Below are positions 19,893 through 28,274 of a DNA stretch of 64,000 nucleotides, one piece after another (within the stretch, counting starts at the first letter, position 1; each line of letters opens with the position of its first letter). A program made the translations under genes and the position numbers. The stretch is taken from contig CP051526.1 of assembly GCA_050916045.1 (NCBI GenBank), positions 288,001 through 352,000 on the forward strand. Reading direction: 5' to 3'. The notes beneath the pieces are model-generated. The model was given only the letters and a program-made list of their open reading frames with translations. It had not been told where the DNA came from and made no database searches. The stretch comes from Tepidisphaera sp. GTDB taxonomy: Bacteria > Planctomycetota > Phycisphaerae > Phycisphaerales > UBA1924.

Positions 19893-20921
19893 TTACCCCG
19901 ACTTGGACTTGCGCATCTGCGCGTTGCGACGAGCCACGAACGCCGCCAGCGTCGGCCCCAGGAAATCATGCGTGTGCACGATGTGATGATCAAACCCGAA
20001 CCCCCGCGCCAACCGCTCCATCTCCGTCAGGTGCTTGCGGAAAGCCTCCAAATACCCCTCCCGCAGCGCCCGCGGGTCGATCTTCACCATCTCCTCCCCC
20101 TCCATCCCCATGAACGGCGCCGCATCCTTGAACGGGAAATCAAGCTCCGCCTGATCAAGCACCTGGAACGCGATCAGGTCGTGCCCCGCGTGTTTCACAC
20201 GCGCAAACGCGTCCCGCACCTTCTCCGGATCCTGAAACAGATCCGACACCACCACCATGATGCACTTGTTGTTGATGTTCCCCAGGATCTGGTCCACCGC
20301 CCGCCGCAGGTCCGTCGGCCTCGGGTCCCCGCCCGGGGTCTGGTCCGGGTGCGTCGCCAGCGCCGACACGATCGGTCGCCACGCCGACTGCCCGCCCGAC
20401 CGCCGGATGTGGAGCCGCACCTCGTCCGCAAAGACCATCAAACCGACCCGGTCCCCCTGCCTCAGCGTGATGTACGCCATGGCCGCCGCCAGCGCCGTCG
20501 CATGGTCGAACTTCGTCCAGTTGCTCCGCCCGTCCAGCGACACCTCGCGCCCCGACCCGGACGCTTCCGCGAACATCCGCGTCCCGAAGTTCATCGACCC
20601 CGACGAATCCACGAGCAGCAGCAGGTCCAGGTTCGTCTCCTGCTGGTACTGCTTGATGTTCAGCCGGTCCGACCTCGCGTAGACCTTCCAGTCCAGGTGC
20701 CGGATGTCATCCCCCGGCACGTACGGCCGGTGCTGAGCGAACTCGACCGAGTACCCCTGGAACGGCGACCGATGCTGCCCCGACGAGAGCCCCTCGATGA
20801 TGATCTTCGCCCGAAGCTCGAACGAGCCCAGCCGCGCCAGCGTCTGCGGGTGCAGATACATCGACGCATCGACGCTCTCGCCCGGACCCGCGGGGTTGGA
20901 TGAAAAGCCGCTCATGCTCAC
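19893..20921 (-). CDS. DUF58 domain-containing protein
   Basis: G.HRSPFQGYSVEFAQHRPYVPGDDIRHLDWKVYARSDRL.IKQYQQETN, LVDSSGSM and VVSDL. Confidence 0.93.
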   Translation of the reverse strand: MSMSGFSSNPAGPGESVDASMYLHPQTLARLGSFELRAKIIIEGLSSGQHRSPFQGYSVEFAQHRPYVPGDDIRHLDWKVYARSDRLNIKQYQQETNLDLLLLVDSSGSMNFGTRMFAEASGSGREVSLDGRSNWTKFDHATALAAAMAYITLRQGDRVGLMVFADEVRLHIRRSGGQSAWRPIVSALATHPDQTPGGDPRPTDLRRAVDQILGNINNKCIMVVVSDLFQDPEKVRDAFARVKHAGHDLIAFQVLDQAELDFPFKDAAPFMGMEGEEMVKIDPRALREGYLEAFRKHLTEMERLARGFGFDHHIVHTHDFLGPTLAAFVARRNAQMRKSKSG

Positions 20922-20945
20922 GCATGGTATCGGCCCGAGACCAAA

Positions 20946-21080
20946 CGAGCCCGCAGCGCCAGCAAGGGTGTCTCAGCAGGCTCCCAGCCACCAGCAAGCG
21001 TTCGCCCCCCCTACGAGCCCGCAGCGCCAGCAAGGGACTTCTACGCCCCCCTGCGAGCCCGCTGCGCCAGCATGGGACCT
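20946..21080. repeat. three direct copies of a 23-bp intergenic repeat CGAGCCCGC(A/T)GCGCCAGCA(A/T)GGG (REP-like)
   Basis: Copies at 20946-20968, 21014-21036 and 21054-21076; the last two form a 40-bp tandem. Confidence 0.85.
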
Positions 21081-22385
21081 CTACGCCGCCAGTTTCCGCA
21101 GGTGGTCCTCGATCGAAGCCGCTTCGTCCCGAGAATCCACCTCGAGCGAGAACGCCGAGCGGATCTGCTGCACCGCGTGACCCGCGCCCGGTGAGGGCAC
21201 CACGCGGCAGCTTGCGATCCGCTCGCCTTCGGGCGTCACCAGGTACGCCGTCGTGCTCCCCGGCTGGTCGGGCGCAAGCTCGATCTGGCACCCGCCCAAG
21301 CGGAACCGCTGCGGCTTGGCCCGCGCCGGCGTCGCCGCCGTCCGCGTCAACGTCTCGTCAAGCACCCGCGCCAGCTGTACATGCACCACATCCGGAAGCT
21401 GGTCCAGGTCCGTCAGCGTGTCCGCCATTCCCGTGAAAAGCGACATCGTGTTCTTGTAATCACCCGCCGCCGACGTCACAAGCTGGCTGAGCTGCTGCTC
21501 ATCGCATCCCAGCACCCGCGCCGCGAGCGCGGGCATCGGCGCCGAGTCCCGAGGCATCCGCGTCCGCTGGTCAAGGTCCAGCGTCCCCACATAGAACGCG
21601 ATCCGCCGCAGGATGCTGTCGGGGTCGTTCGCCAAGCTGTCCGCCGGCGGCGTGTGGTGCCAGATCAGCGGCCGCGCCAGAAGCGGCGGCAGCTTCCAAC
21701 GCCGCGCCAGCGTCGCCACAAGGTCGATGTGCGTGAACGGCAGCGAGTGAAACTCCCGATGGAACCGCTTGGCAGGCGGCAGCTTCTCGCGGTCGATCTC
21801 AAGGAACGCTTCGCCCCAAAGCTTCTGCATCAGCGGTATGCCCGCGTCGAGCATCAGCCCGATCAGGAACGCTTCCACCGTGTACTCGGGCGCAAGCCGC
21901 CGCGCCAGGTTGGTCGCAAAGCACGCCCGGAAGACCGATTCCCCCCAGACGCGACGCGAAAGCTCATGCCCCGCGTCCGATGTCGCCGCCCGGCTCAGAT
22001 AAAAACCCAAGCTGAACGCCCGGAGCCGCTCGATCCCAAGCAGCACGCACGCCCGCTCCAGGCTCGTCACCGGAGTGATCTGGGCGAAGAGCGCCGAATT
22101 CGCAAGCCGCAGCAGCCGGCCCGAAAGCGACACGTCGTTCTTGATGATCTTCGAGTATTCAGAAAGCTGCGCGTCCTGCTTGTTCACCAGGTCCAGGATC
22201 TTGACCGCGACCTCCGGCTGCGTTTCGATCCCGACGCGGTCGAGCTTCCCGTCCAGGTGGACGTAGAGAGCTTCGACTTCGGCAGCCGAGATTTCGAATC
22301 GCTTTTTCCGCACGCGACAGCTTCCCCTTGGACGACCCCTTGCATCGGCACACGCCCCCGACGGCCCCCATGTGGGGATCGCCAA
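21081..22385 (-). CDS. HDOD domain-containing protein (start uncertain)
   Basis: PEVAVKILDL...IKNDVSLSGRLLRLANSALF...SLERACVLLG, FLIGLMLDAG, H.DL...LARRWKLP..L...HH. Confidence 0.88.
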   Translation of the reverse strand: MAIPTWGPSGACADARGRPRGSCRVRKKRFEISAAEVEALYVHLDGKLDRVGIETQPEVAVKILDLVNKQDAQLSEYSKIIKNDVSLSGRLLRLANSALFAQITPVTSLERACVLLGIERLRAFSLGFYLSRAATSDAGHELSRRVWGESVFRACFATNLARRLAPEYTVEAFLIGLMLDAGIPLMQKLWGEAFLEIDREKLPPAKRFHREFHSLPFTHIDLVATLARRWKLPPLLARPLIWHHTPPADSLANDPDSILRRIAFYVGTLDLDQRTRMPRDSAPMPALAARVLGCDEQQLSQLVTSAAGDYKNTMSLFTGMADTLTDLDQLPDVVHVQLARVLDETLTRTAATPARAKPQRFRLGGCQIELAPDQPGSTTAYLVTPEGERIASCRVVPSPGAGHAVQQIRSAFSLEVDSRDEAASIEDHLRKLAA

Positions 22386-22457
22386 CGCTCCGCTTGGCTG
22401 CCGGTTGCCGATCCTGTGCCGGTCGTGACGGTTATGCCGCGACCGGTTTGCGGACCT

Positions 22458-23180
22458 TCACGGCTGAAGCCGTGTCGCCGACCACGCCCCGGCCGCGAAG
22501 TTGCTCCCTTCCGGCGTCAGCGTCCGGTCCCACCGGGCCCGGTCATGGACGCGTCCCTTCCCACCCTGCCAAAGCTCGATCGATTCGGCCCAAAGCCTGT
22601 ACCCGCCCCAGTGCGGCGGCCGCGGGATGCTGACATCGCGCCCCGCGAGGAGGCCGAGGGCTTCGAGGCCCATGTTGCCCATGATGTGCTGGGCGGCGGC
22701 GCGGCCGACCTTGTTCAAGAGTTCGCCGCGCGAGGCGATCGGCTTGCTCTGGTCGCTCGCCCACGCGCCGAGCCTGCTCTGCCAGTGGCGGGTCTTGAAG
22801 TACGCGTCGCTTTCCTCGTCGGTCACGCGGACGACGGGGCCCTCGATGCGGACCTGGCGGTCGGTGTCGTCCCAGTGGAAGAGGACGGCGGCCCGCCAGG
22901 ACGTCTCGATCTCGCCCGCTTTGCGGCTTGTGTAGTTTGTGTAAAACTCGAGAGAGCCGCCCGCGACGTCGATCCCCTTGCAAAGCACGGTCCGCACGCT
23001 CGGCTTGCCGTCCGCAGCCGCGGTGGCGAGGTACATGCAGTTGGGGTTGGCCTGTTTCTTCGCGGCGACGGCTTCGTCGAACCAGGCTTTGAAAAGCGGG
23101 ACCGGGTCCGCCGGCAGCTGGTCGGGGAGCGGGCGTTCGTGGACGAACTTGTCGAGGAGTTTGAGCAGGGCGTCGGTCAT
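22458..23180 (-). CDS. pdxH: pyridoxamine 5'-phosphate oxidase
   Basis: PSVRTVLCK, FYTNYTSRK, RQVRIEG, YF.TR...SRLGAWASDQS, PRPPHWGGY and ELWQG...RVHDR. Confidence 0.95.
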   Translation of the reverse strand: MTDALLKLLDKFVHERPLPDQLPADPVPLFKAWFDEAVAAKKQANPNCMYLATAAADGKPSVRTVLCKGIDVAGGSLEFYTNYTSRKAGEIETSWRAAVLFHWDDTDRQVRIEGPVVRVTDEESDAYFKTRHWQSRLGAWASDQSKPIASRGELLNKVGRAAAQHIMGNMGLEALGLLAGRDVSIPRPPHWGGYRLWAESIELWQGGKGRVHDRARWDRTLTPEGSNFAAGAWSATRLQP

Positions 23181-23279
23181 GCGGAAGTGTAGTGAACTCG
23201 CGGTGCTCGATCGCTCGCGCGATCGTCTCTTTGCGGGACGCTGGCTACATTCAGGGCACACCACTTTTGAAAGGTTCCC

Positions 23280-23675
23280 ATGGTCACCCTCGCCGACGCC
23301 CGCCGCATCATCGCCGCCGCTGAGAAGAAAGCCGCCGCCATCGGTCAACCCATGAACATCGCCGTCGCCGACGCCGGCGGCAACCTCGTCGCCCACGTCC
23401 GCATGGACGACGCGTGGATCGGGTCGGTCGATATCTCGATCAAGAAGGCGTACACCTCGCGGGCCTTTGACATCGCGACCAAGGACCTCGCCAAGCACAG
23501 CCAGTCCGGCAAGCAGTTCTTCGGCATCCACGCGAGCAACGACGGCCGCATCATGATCTTCGCCGGCGGCATCCCGCTCAAGAAGGGCGGCAAGGTCGTC
23601 GGCGCCATCGGCGTCAGCGGCGGCTCGGGCGAGCAGGACCACGCCGTCGCCGAAGCCGGCGCGAAAGCGTTCTAA
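23280..23675 (+). CDS. GlcG/HbpS family heme-binding protein
   Basis: NIAVADAGGNLV...RMDDA...KKAYTS, FAGGIPL and GAIGVSGG...QD. Confidence 0.92.
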   Translation: MVTLADARRIIAAAEKKAAAIGQPMNIAVADAGGNLVAHVRMDDAWIGSVDISIKKAYTSRAFDIATKDLAKHSQSGKQFFGIHASNDGRIMIFAGGIPLKKGGKVVGAIGVSGGSGEQDHAVAEAGAKAF

Positions 23676-23715
23676 AGCGAGCAGCTCGCGTTCAAGGACA
23701 ATCTGAATACGGAAT

Positions 23716-23755
23716 CCCCGCACCGTGAGAGAATCACGGTCGCGGGGTTTTCTTT
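23716..23755 (+). terminator. intrinsic terminator between convergent glcG-like and ohr genes
   Basis: CCCCGC-ACCGTGA / TCACGGT-C-GCGGGG stem followed by TTTTCTTT. Confidence 0.7.
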
Positions 23756-23779
23756 CGCGTTCGCGGAGGGCTCGTTCGC

Positions 23780-24211
23780 TTAGAGCGCGACGGCTTTGAG
23801 CGAGACTTCGATGTTGTTGCGGGTGGCGCGGGAGTAGGGGCAGACCTGGTGGGCGGCTTCGACGAGCGCGTGGGCTTCGGCCTGCGAGACGCCCTTCATG
23901 CTGACGGTGAGGTCGACCTTGAGCTGGAAGTTTCCTTCGTCGGTGGTGCCGAAGCCGACGGCGGCGTCGACGGTGATGTCCGTCGCCTTGACCTGCTTCT
24001 TGGTGGCGACGAAGTCGACCGCGCCGCCGAAGCAGGCCGCGTAGCCGCAGGCGAAGAGGTCTTCCGGCGTCGTCGTGTTCGGCTTGCCGGGGCCGCCCAT
24101 GGCTTTGGGCACGGAGAGATCGACGGAGATGAGGCCGTCGGAAGACTGAGCGTGGCCGTTGCGGCCGCCGGTGGCTTTGGCGTGAGCGGTGAAGAGAATC
24201 TTAACGGCCAT
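23780..24211 (-). CDS. ohr: organic hydroperoxide resistance protein
   Basis: ATGGRNG, TPEDLFACGYAACF and AHQVCPYSRATRNNI; start at MAVKILF. Confidence 0.93.
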   Translation of the reverse strand: MAVKILFTAHAKATGGRNGHAQSSDGLISVDLSVPKAMGGPGKPNTTTPEDLFACGYAACFGGAVDFVATKKQVKATDITVDAAVGFGTTDEGNFQLKVDLTVSMKGVSQAEAHALVEAAHQVCPYSRATRNNIEVSLKAVAL

Positions 24212-24267
24212 GGGGTGGTTCCTTGGGTTTGGCGTGATGGAGAATGAGCAACAAGGATACGCGTCGG

Positions 24268-24699
24268 CTATCTTGCGGACTGATCGAATTCCTTCCGCAC
24301 AGCGTCGGCGGCGAGCCGTTGGATGTCCGACTGATGCGAGGTGTAGGCACGGAACGTGATCATGCTGACCCACGTGTACTTCCAACCCTTGAAGCTCACG
24401 GTTCTTTCGCGGTCTTCCCGATCACCGAAAGGGCTGATCTCGATGCTCACGAAGCGAGCGGCTTGAAACTTGTCCTGCCGTTCGAGATAACGCACATCGA
24501 GCGTTCCTTCCTCCGGCTGCTCGCCGTACGTGCCGGTCGCGTTCTCCTCGACCTGGAAGCCTGCTCGCAGGACGGCGTCCCGCGTCCGACCGTAAACCTC
24601 GGCGGACGAACCGTGAGCGTCAACGTGCGTCGAGCAGCCAGTGGCGATGGGAACGCTCACCATTGCGACGAACAGAAGTTTCTTGAGCCTTCGTTTCAT
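24268..24699 (-). CDS. hypothetical lipoprotein
   Basis: MKRRLKKLLFVAMVSVPIATGC lipobox-like signal; 4-bp overlap with the upstream gene. Confidence 0.7.
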   Translation of the reverse strand: MKRRLKKLLFVAMVSVPIATGCSTHVDAHGSSAEVYGRTRDAVLRAGFQVEENATGTYGEQPEEGTLDVRYLERQDKFQAARFVSIEISPFGDREDRERTVSFKGWKYTWVSMITFRAYTSHQSDIQRLAADAVRKEFDQSAR

Positions 24700-25481
24700 C
24701 GGACGTTCTCTCTCAAGGCCCAGTCCATCCCGTTTCGAAGCAGAGCGCGGAACGATGGACTCTCGAAATCTTCCGGGTGGCCGAGGGTGGTCATGAAGAC
24801 TCGGCCGTTCCATGGGGTCTCTCGGGTCCAGGCGACGGGGCTTGGGCGGCGGGAGGGGACTTGCCGGCTTTGGGCGTCGCAGGATTGGCCCATGAGCAGG
24901 ATGCGAGCGCCGGGGGGCGGGAAGCGGCCTTCGAGGTCGTAAAGCCAGGAGCGGACGTGGAACGCGGGCTCGACGCCCTTGAGAAGCGGGTCGTTCGCCG
25001 CGCCGGGGGCGTGCGTGACGTCGGTCGTGGAGTCGTGGCCGAAGTGGCGGATCCATGGGGCTCCGAGGACGCGTTCGCCAAAGCCGTTCCATTCCTCGAG
25101 CGGGTGGCCTTGCGGGTACGCGAAAGCGTGGGTGCTGGTGCGGAGGCCGACGATGGGGCCGCCGCGTTTGAGATAGCGGTCCAGGTGCGCGACCTGTTCG
25201 GCGGGGAGCGTGCGGAAGCGCAGGTAGATGACGATGAGGTCGGCGCGGTCGAGGGCTTCGAGGCCGGGGATGTTGCTCGGGTTGGACTGGTCGGGGGCGC
25301 TGGTCAGGAGCGTCGTCGCCCAGCCGCGAGCCTGGGCGTCCTTGGCGAGCGAGGCGAGCGTGACTTCGGAGCGGTACTCATCCTCGGCGGCGATGAAGAC
25401 GACGTGCGGCTTGGGTGCTGATGAGCATGCGGTGAGAGGCAGTGTGCACAAGAAACAGAGGATGAGCAGCGCGATTCGCAT
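24696..25481 (-). CDS. ThuA-like domain lipoprotein
   Basis: LTAC lipobox; DEYRSE, NIPGLEAL..ADL....RFR, GLRTSTHAF and GRVFMTTLGHPEDF. Confidence 0.85.
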   Translation of the reverse strand: MRIALLILCFLCTLPLTACSSAPKPHVVFIAAEDEYRSEVTLASLAKDAQARGWATTLLTSAPDQSNPSNIPGLEALDRADLIVIYLRFRTLPAEQVAHLDRYLKRGGPIVGLRTSTHAFAYPQGHPLEEWNGFGERVLGAPWIRHFGHDSTTDVTHAPGAANDPLLKGVEPAFHVRSWLYDLEGRFPPPGARILLMGQSCDAQSRQVPSRRPSPVAWTRETPWNGRVFMTTLGHPEDFESPSFRALLRNGMDWALRENVR

Positions 25482-25503
25482 GGGCAAATCGTACCAGAAG
25501 GGT

Positions 25504-26193
25504 TCAGGGCAGCACGATGGGTTCGGGCGGGCCGGGGAAGTGCGGCTTGACGCCGAGGACTTTGGTATCGAGGACGGCTTTGGCGCGGGCGAGGGTTTCG
25601 CGGGTGCGGATGAGGAGGCCGTGGGCGCCGCCGACATCGCGAGCGGCGAAGCCGATGGCGTCGATGCCGTGGCTTTGGGCGATGAAGATCGCCCGGGCAT
25701 CGTGGAACTCTTGCGAGATGATGGTGAGGCGGGACTGGCCGAAGACGTCCTTGGCCCGGACGACCGAGTCGAGCGTGCGGAAGCCGGCGTAGTCGCGGGT
25801 GATCGCGGATGCGGGGACGCCCTGGGCGATGAGGGCTTCGAGCATGGCTGTGGGCTCGTCGTAGTCCGCGCGGCGGTTGTCGCCGGAGACGATGAGGTGG
25901 CGGACCTTGCCGAGCTTGTAGAGGTCGGCGGCGGCTTCGATGCGGGCGGTAAAGAAGAGGTTGGGGCGGCCGCTCGTGGTGGGGCTGGTGCCGAGCACGA
26001 GGCCGACATCACGCGCGGGGACATCGGAAGCCACGAAATAGATGCGGCCCGACGCGGCGGACGCGATCCAGCGGTCGCAGGCGATCGCTCCGAGCGCGAG
26101 AGCGGCGGCGGCGGAGAGCGCGAGGATGGCGAGACGCCTAGGGCGGAGCCAGGCGCGGAGGCGGTGGTGGGGGTTGGGGCGCGCGGGGAGCAT
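25504..26193 (-). CDS. sanA: SanA/YdcF (DUF218) family protein
   Basis: GLVLGT, LIVSGDN...YDEP..M, DYAGFRTLDSVVRA..VFG and ISQEFH..RA. Confidence 0.88.
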   Translation of the reverse strand: MLPARPNPHHRLRAWLRPRRLAILALSAAAALALGAIACDRWIASAASGRIYFVASDVPARDVGLVLGTSPTTSGRPNLFFTARIEAAADLYKLGKVRHLIVSGDNRRADYDEPTAMLEALIAQGVPASAITRDYAGFRTLDSVVRAKDVFGQSRLTIISQEFHDARAIFIAQSHGIDAIGFAARDVGGAHGLLIRTRETLARAKAVLDTKVLGVKPHFPGPPEPIVLP

Positions 26194-26225
26194 GCCGGAG
26201 TATCGGCATGCGCTGCGTGGGAAGG

Positions 26226-26741
26226 TCAGCGGGGGCTGGGCGGGTGTGATCTGCGGGGAGCGGGCTTGGGTTCGAGGAGGAGCGTGCTTGGTTCGGAAGC
26301 GTGAGGGTCGGGTGTGTGGTGTCGGGCGGTCGCGGAAGTCGGGGTGCTTTGTGAGGATTCGGAGGGTTCTTCGGCGGGGCGACACGCCCCGGCTCGCGGG
26401 GGGCGTGGGGTGCGCGGGCTTTGCATCTGGGTGGTGAGCCGGGCGAGGGCGGTGGCGGCGCGGCGGGTCTCGATGGTGGAGGGAGCGTCGAGGATGGACT
26501 GGTGGAGGTGGCCGGCAGCGCCGGCTTGGTGTTGGCGAGCGGCGATGCGTTGGTGGCGTTGCTGGAGACTTTCGAAGGCGTCGAGGGTCTCGACGACGAC
26601 GGGGTCTTTGGCGAAGGCGAGGAACTGGGCGGGCGTGAGGCTGTGCTTGGCGATGAGGTCTTCGATGCGGAAGTTGAGCTCGAAGAGATCGGCGAGGAGG
26701 GTGTCGTGGGAGGGGGAGGTGATTGGCTGGCGCGTGGTCAT
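26226..26741 (-). CDS. hypothetical helical protein
   Basis: Coding-like codon usage from MTTRQ; amphipathic helices ending ETRRAATALARL followed by a low-complexity tail. Confidence 0.6.
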   Translation of the reverse strand: MTTRQPITSPSHDTLLADLFELNFRIEDLIAKHSLTPAQFLAFAKDPVVVETLDAFESLQQRHQRIAARQHQAGAAGHLHQSILDAPSTIETRRAATALARLTTQMQSPRTPRPPRAGACRPAEEPSESSQSTPTSATARHHTPDPHASEPSTLLLEPKPAPRRSHPPSPR

Positions 26742-26884
26742 GCGAAAGCAATCATGGTCGCGGGGTTTTTCTTTCGGGGCGCGGAGAGGTTGTGAGTGGA
26801 GTGGCGGGGTATGTGCGCACGGGGGTGGAAAGTGCGGGGAGAAATCCGAACTTGCATTGTGGCGCATCGGCCAGGTCCGTTGTG

Positions 26885-27585
26885 AGCCCGCAGGGCTCGA
26901 AGGTAGTAGCCGGGGGCAACGCCCCCGGTCGGAAGCGCGTGGGGGCGAGACCCTGCAAGGGTCGGATCAACCCCAGACGAGGCTTTCGTCGTACTCGACG
27001 CGGTACTTCGCGAGGAGATCGCGGAATTCGTCCTGGAAGGAGCGGGTGCGGTGGTGATGCTCTTGGTTCGCGATGTAGCGCATAAGGGAGTCGGCTTGGC
27101 TTTCGCCGATGGTGAACGCTCCGTAGCCCTCTTGCCAGGCGAAGTGCTCGAAGGCGGGCCCCTTGGTCTTGATCCACCGCGACGAGTCGCGTTTGAGGTG
27201 CATGAGGAGATCCGCGCAGGCGATGTTCTTCGAGAGAGAGATGAGGAGGTGAACATGGTCGGCGACGCCGCCGATCGCGAGCGCGGGCGAGTCGTGGTTG
27301 CGTGCGATGCCGGCGAGGTACTTGTGGAGTTCGGTCGCGATGGTGTCGGCGATGAAGGGTTCGCGGTGCTTGGTGGAGAAGACCACGTGGAGAAGCAGGC
27401 GCGTGAGGGTTTGGGCCATGGGGCGAGTTTACATGGAGGGTGTTTGCGCGGGAGTGAACGGGTCGCGATGGGGAGGCGCGTATCCGACCCTTGCAGGGTC
27501 GGGGGAAATGGGGGCGGGACGCGTGGACCCGTGGGCGTTGACCGGGGGCGTTGCCCCCGGCTACTTCATGGCAGCCCTGCGGGCT
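26885..27585. mobile_element. REPtron-like element: IS200/IS605-superfamily tnpA flanked by inverted three-hairpin REP modules
   Basis: Left end: AGCCCGCAGGGCT..GTAG-CCGGGGGC-AAC-GCCCCCGG-TC..GACCCTGCAAGGGTCGGAT (26885-26967). The right end is the reverse complement of the same three blocks (27482-27585). Confidence 0.85.
26967..27419 (-). CDS. tnpA: IS200/IS605 family Y1 (HUH) transposase, probably REP-associated (RAYT-like)
   Basis: LHVVFSTKHR, HUH motif DHVHLL, FAWQEGYGAF and catalytic Tyr in RYIANQEHHH; no tnpB adjacent. Confidence 0.93.
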   Translation of the reverse strand: MAQTLTRLLLHVVFSTKHREPFIADTIATELHKYLAGIARNHDSPALAIGGVADHVHLLISLSKNIACADLLMHLKRDSSRWIKTKGPAFEHFAWQEGYGAFTIGESQADSLMRYIANQEHHHRTRSFQDEFRDLLAKYRVEYDESLVWG

Positions 27586-27655
27586 GCGGAGGCAATGTGG
27601 ATCCGGCGTTCGAGGAGGTTGGGAGGGTGCGGCGTTGTTTGGCGGATCAGATTCT

Positions 27656-27705
27656 GACTCCCGGAGGAAGCGGGAGTCGGTGGCACGAGGGGTTGGTGCC
27701 ACCCG
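27656..27705. repeat. twin-hairpin repeat, copy 1
   Basis: GACTCCCG-GAGGAAG-CGGGAGTC followed by GGTGGCAC-N9-GTGCCACC. Confidence 0.85.
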
Positions 27706-27710
27706 CCTCA

Positions 27711-28148
27711 TCAGTCGTAGATGTGAACGGCGGCTTCCCAGGCGCTGAGTGTGTAGATGCGGACGCAGACGATGAGGAGGAGGGCGCAGGCGAAGAGCCA
27801 GCCGAGGTGTGGGCGGGCGTGGCGGAGGGCGAGGGGGAGGGCGAGACTGGAGGCGGGCTGGTCGAGGGCTTGGAAGAAGCGGGAGAAGGCTTTGGCGAAG
27901 GTGGTGCAGACGAGTGCGTAGGTGAGGGGCATCAGGAAGCAGCCGGCGGAGAGTGCTCGGACCATCGCGTGTTCGCCGCTTGTGATGTTGGCGGAGCGGA
28001 ACGGGGTGAGTTCGCCGGTGTCGCGACGCTCGGTGAAGGGGATGAAGGGTGAGCCGTGCTGGTGAGCGATGGCGAAGTTGAGCGATTCCGTGAGGCCCCA
28101 CCAGGCGAGGACGCTCACGACGAGGATGAGGTGGAGGTTGCGGTGCAT
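27711..28148 (-). CDS. small hypothetical membrane protein (3 TM)
   Basis: MHRNLHLILVVSVLAWW...; three hydrophobic segments; lies between repeat copies 1 and 2. Confidence 0.65.
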   Translation of the reverse strand: MHRNLHLILVVSVLAWWGLTESLNFAIAHQHGSPFIPFTERRDTGELTPFRSANITSGEHAMVRALSAGCFLMPLTYALVCTTFAKAFSRFFQALDQPASSLALPLALRHARPHLGWLFACALLLIVCVRIYTLSAWEAAVHIYD

Positions 28149-28214
28149 CCGTCGGACGATACGGAGCGGAGGGGTGGCGGTTGCGGGAGGGGTGGGGCGT
28201 GGTGGTTTGAGCAT

Positions 28215-28274
28215 CGATCGCCGGAGGAACCGGCGATCGGTGGCACGGGTGGACGTGCGTTGATCGGTGCCACC
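28215..28274. repeat. twin-hairpin repeat, copy 2
   Basis: CGATCGCCGG-AGGAA-CCGGCGATCG followed by GTGGCAC-N20-GTGCCAC. Confidence 0.85.

Noticed and set aside
11360..20903. very long + strand ORFs (1267, 817 and 828 aa) and similar Arg/Pro-rich ORFs elsewhere
   Set aside because: They are antisense shadows of real genes in high-GC DNA, with no motifs and implausible composition.
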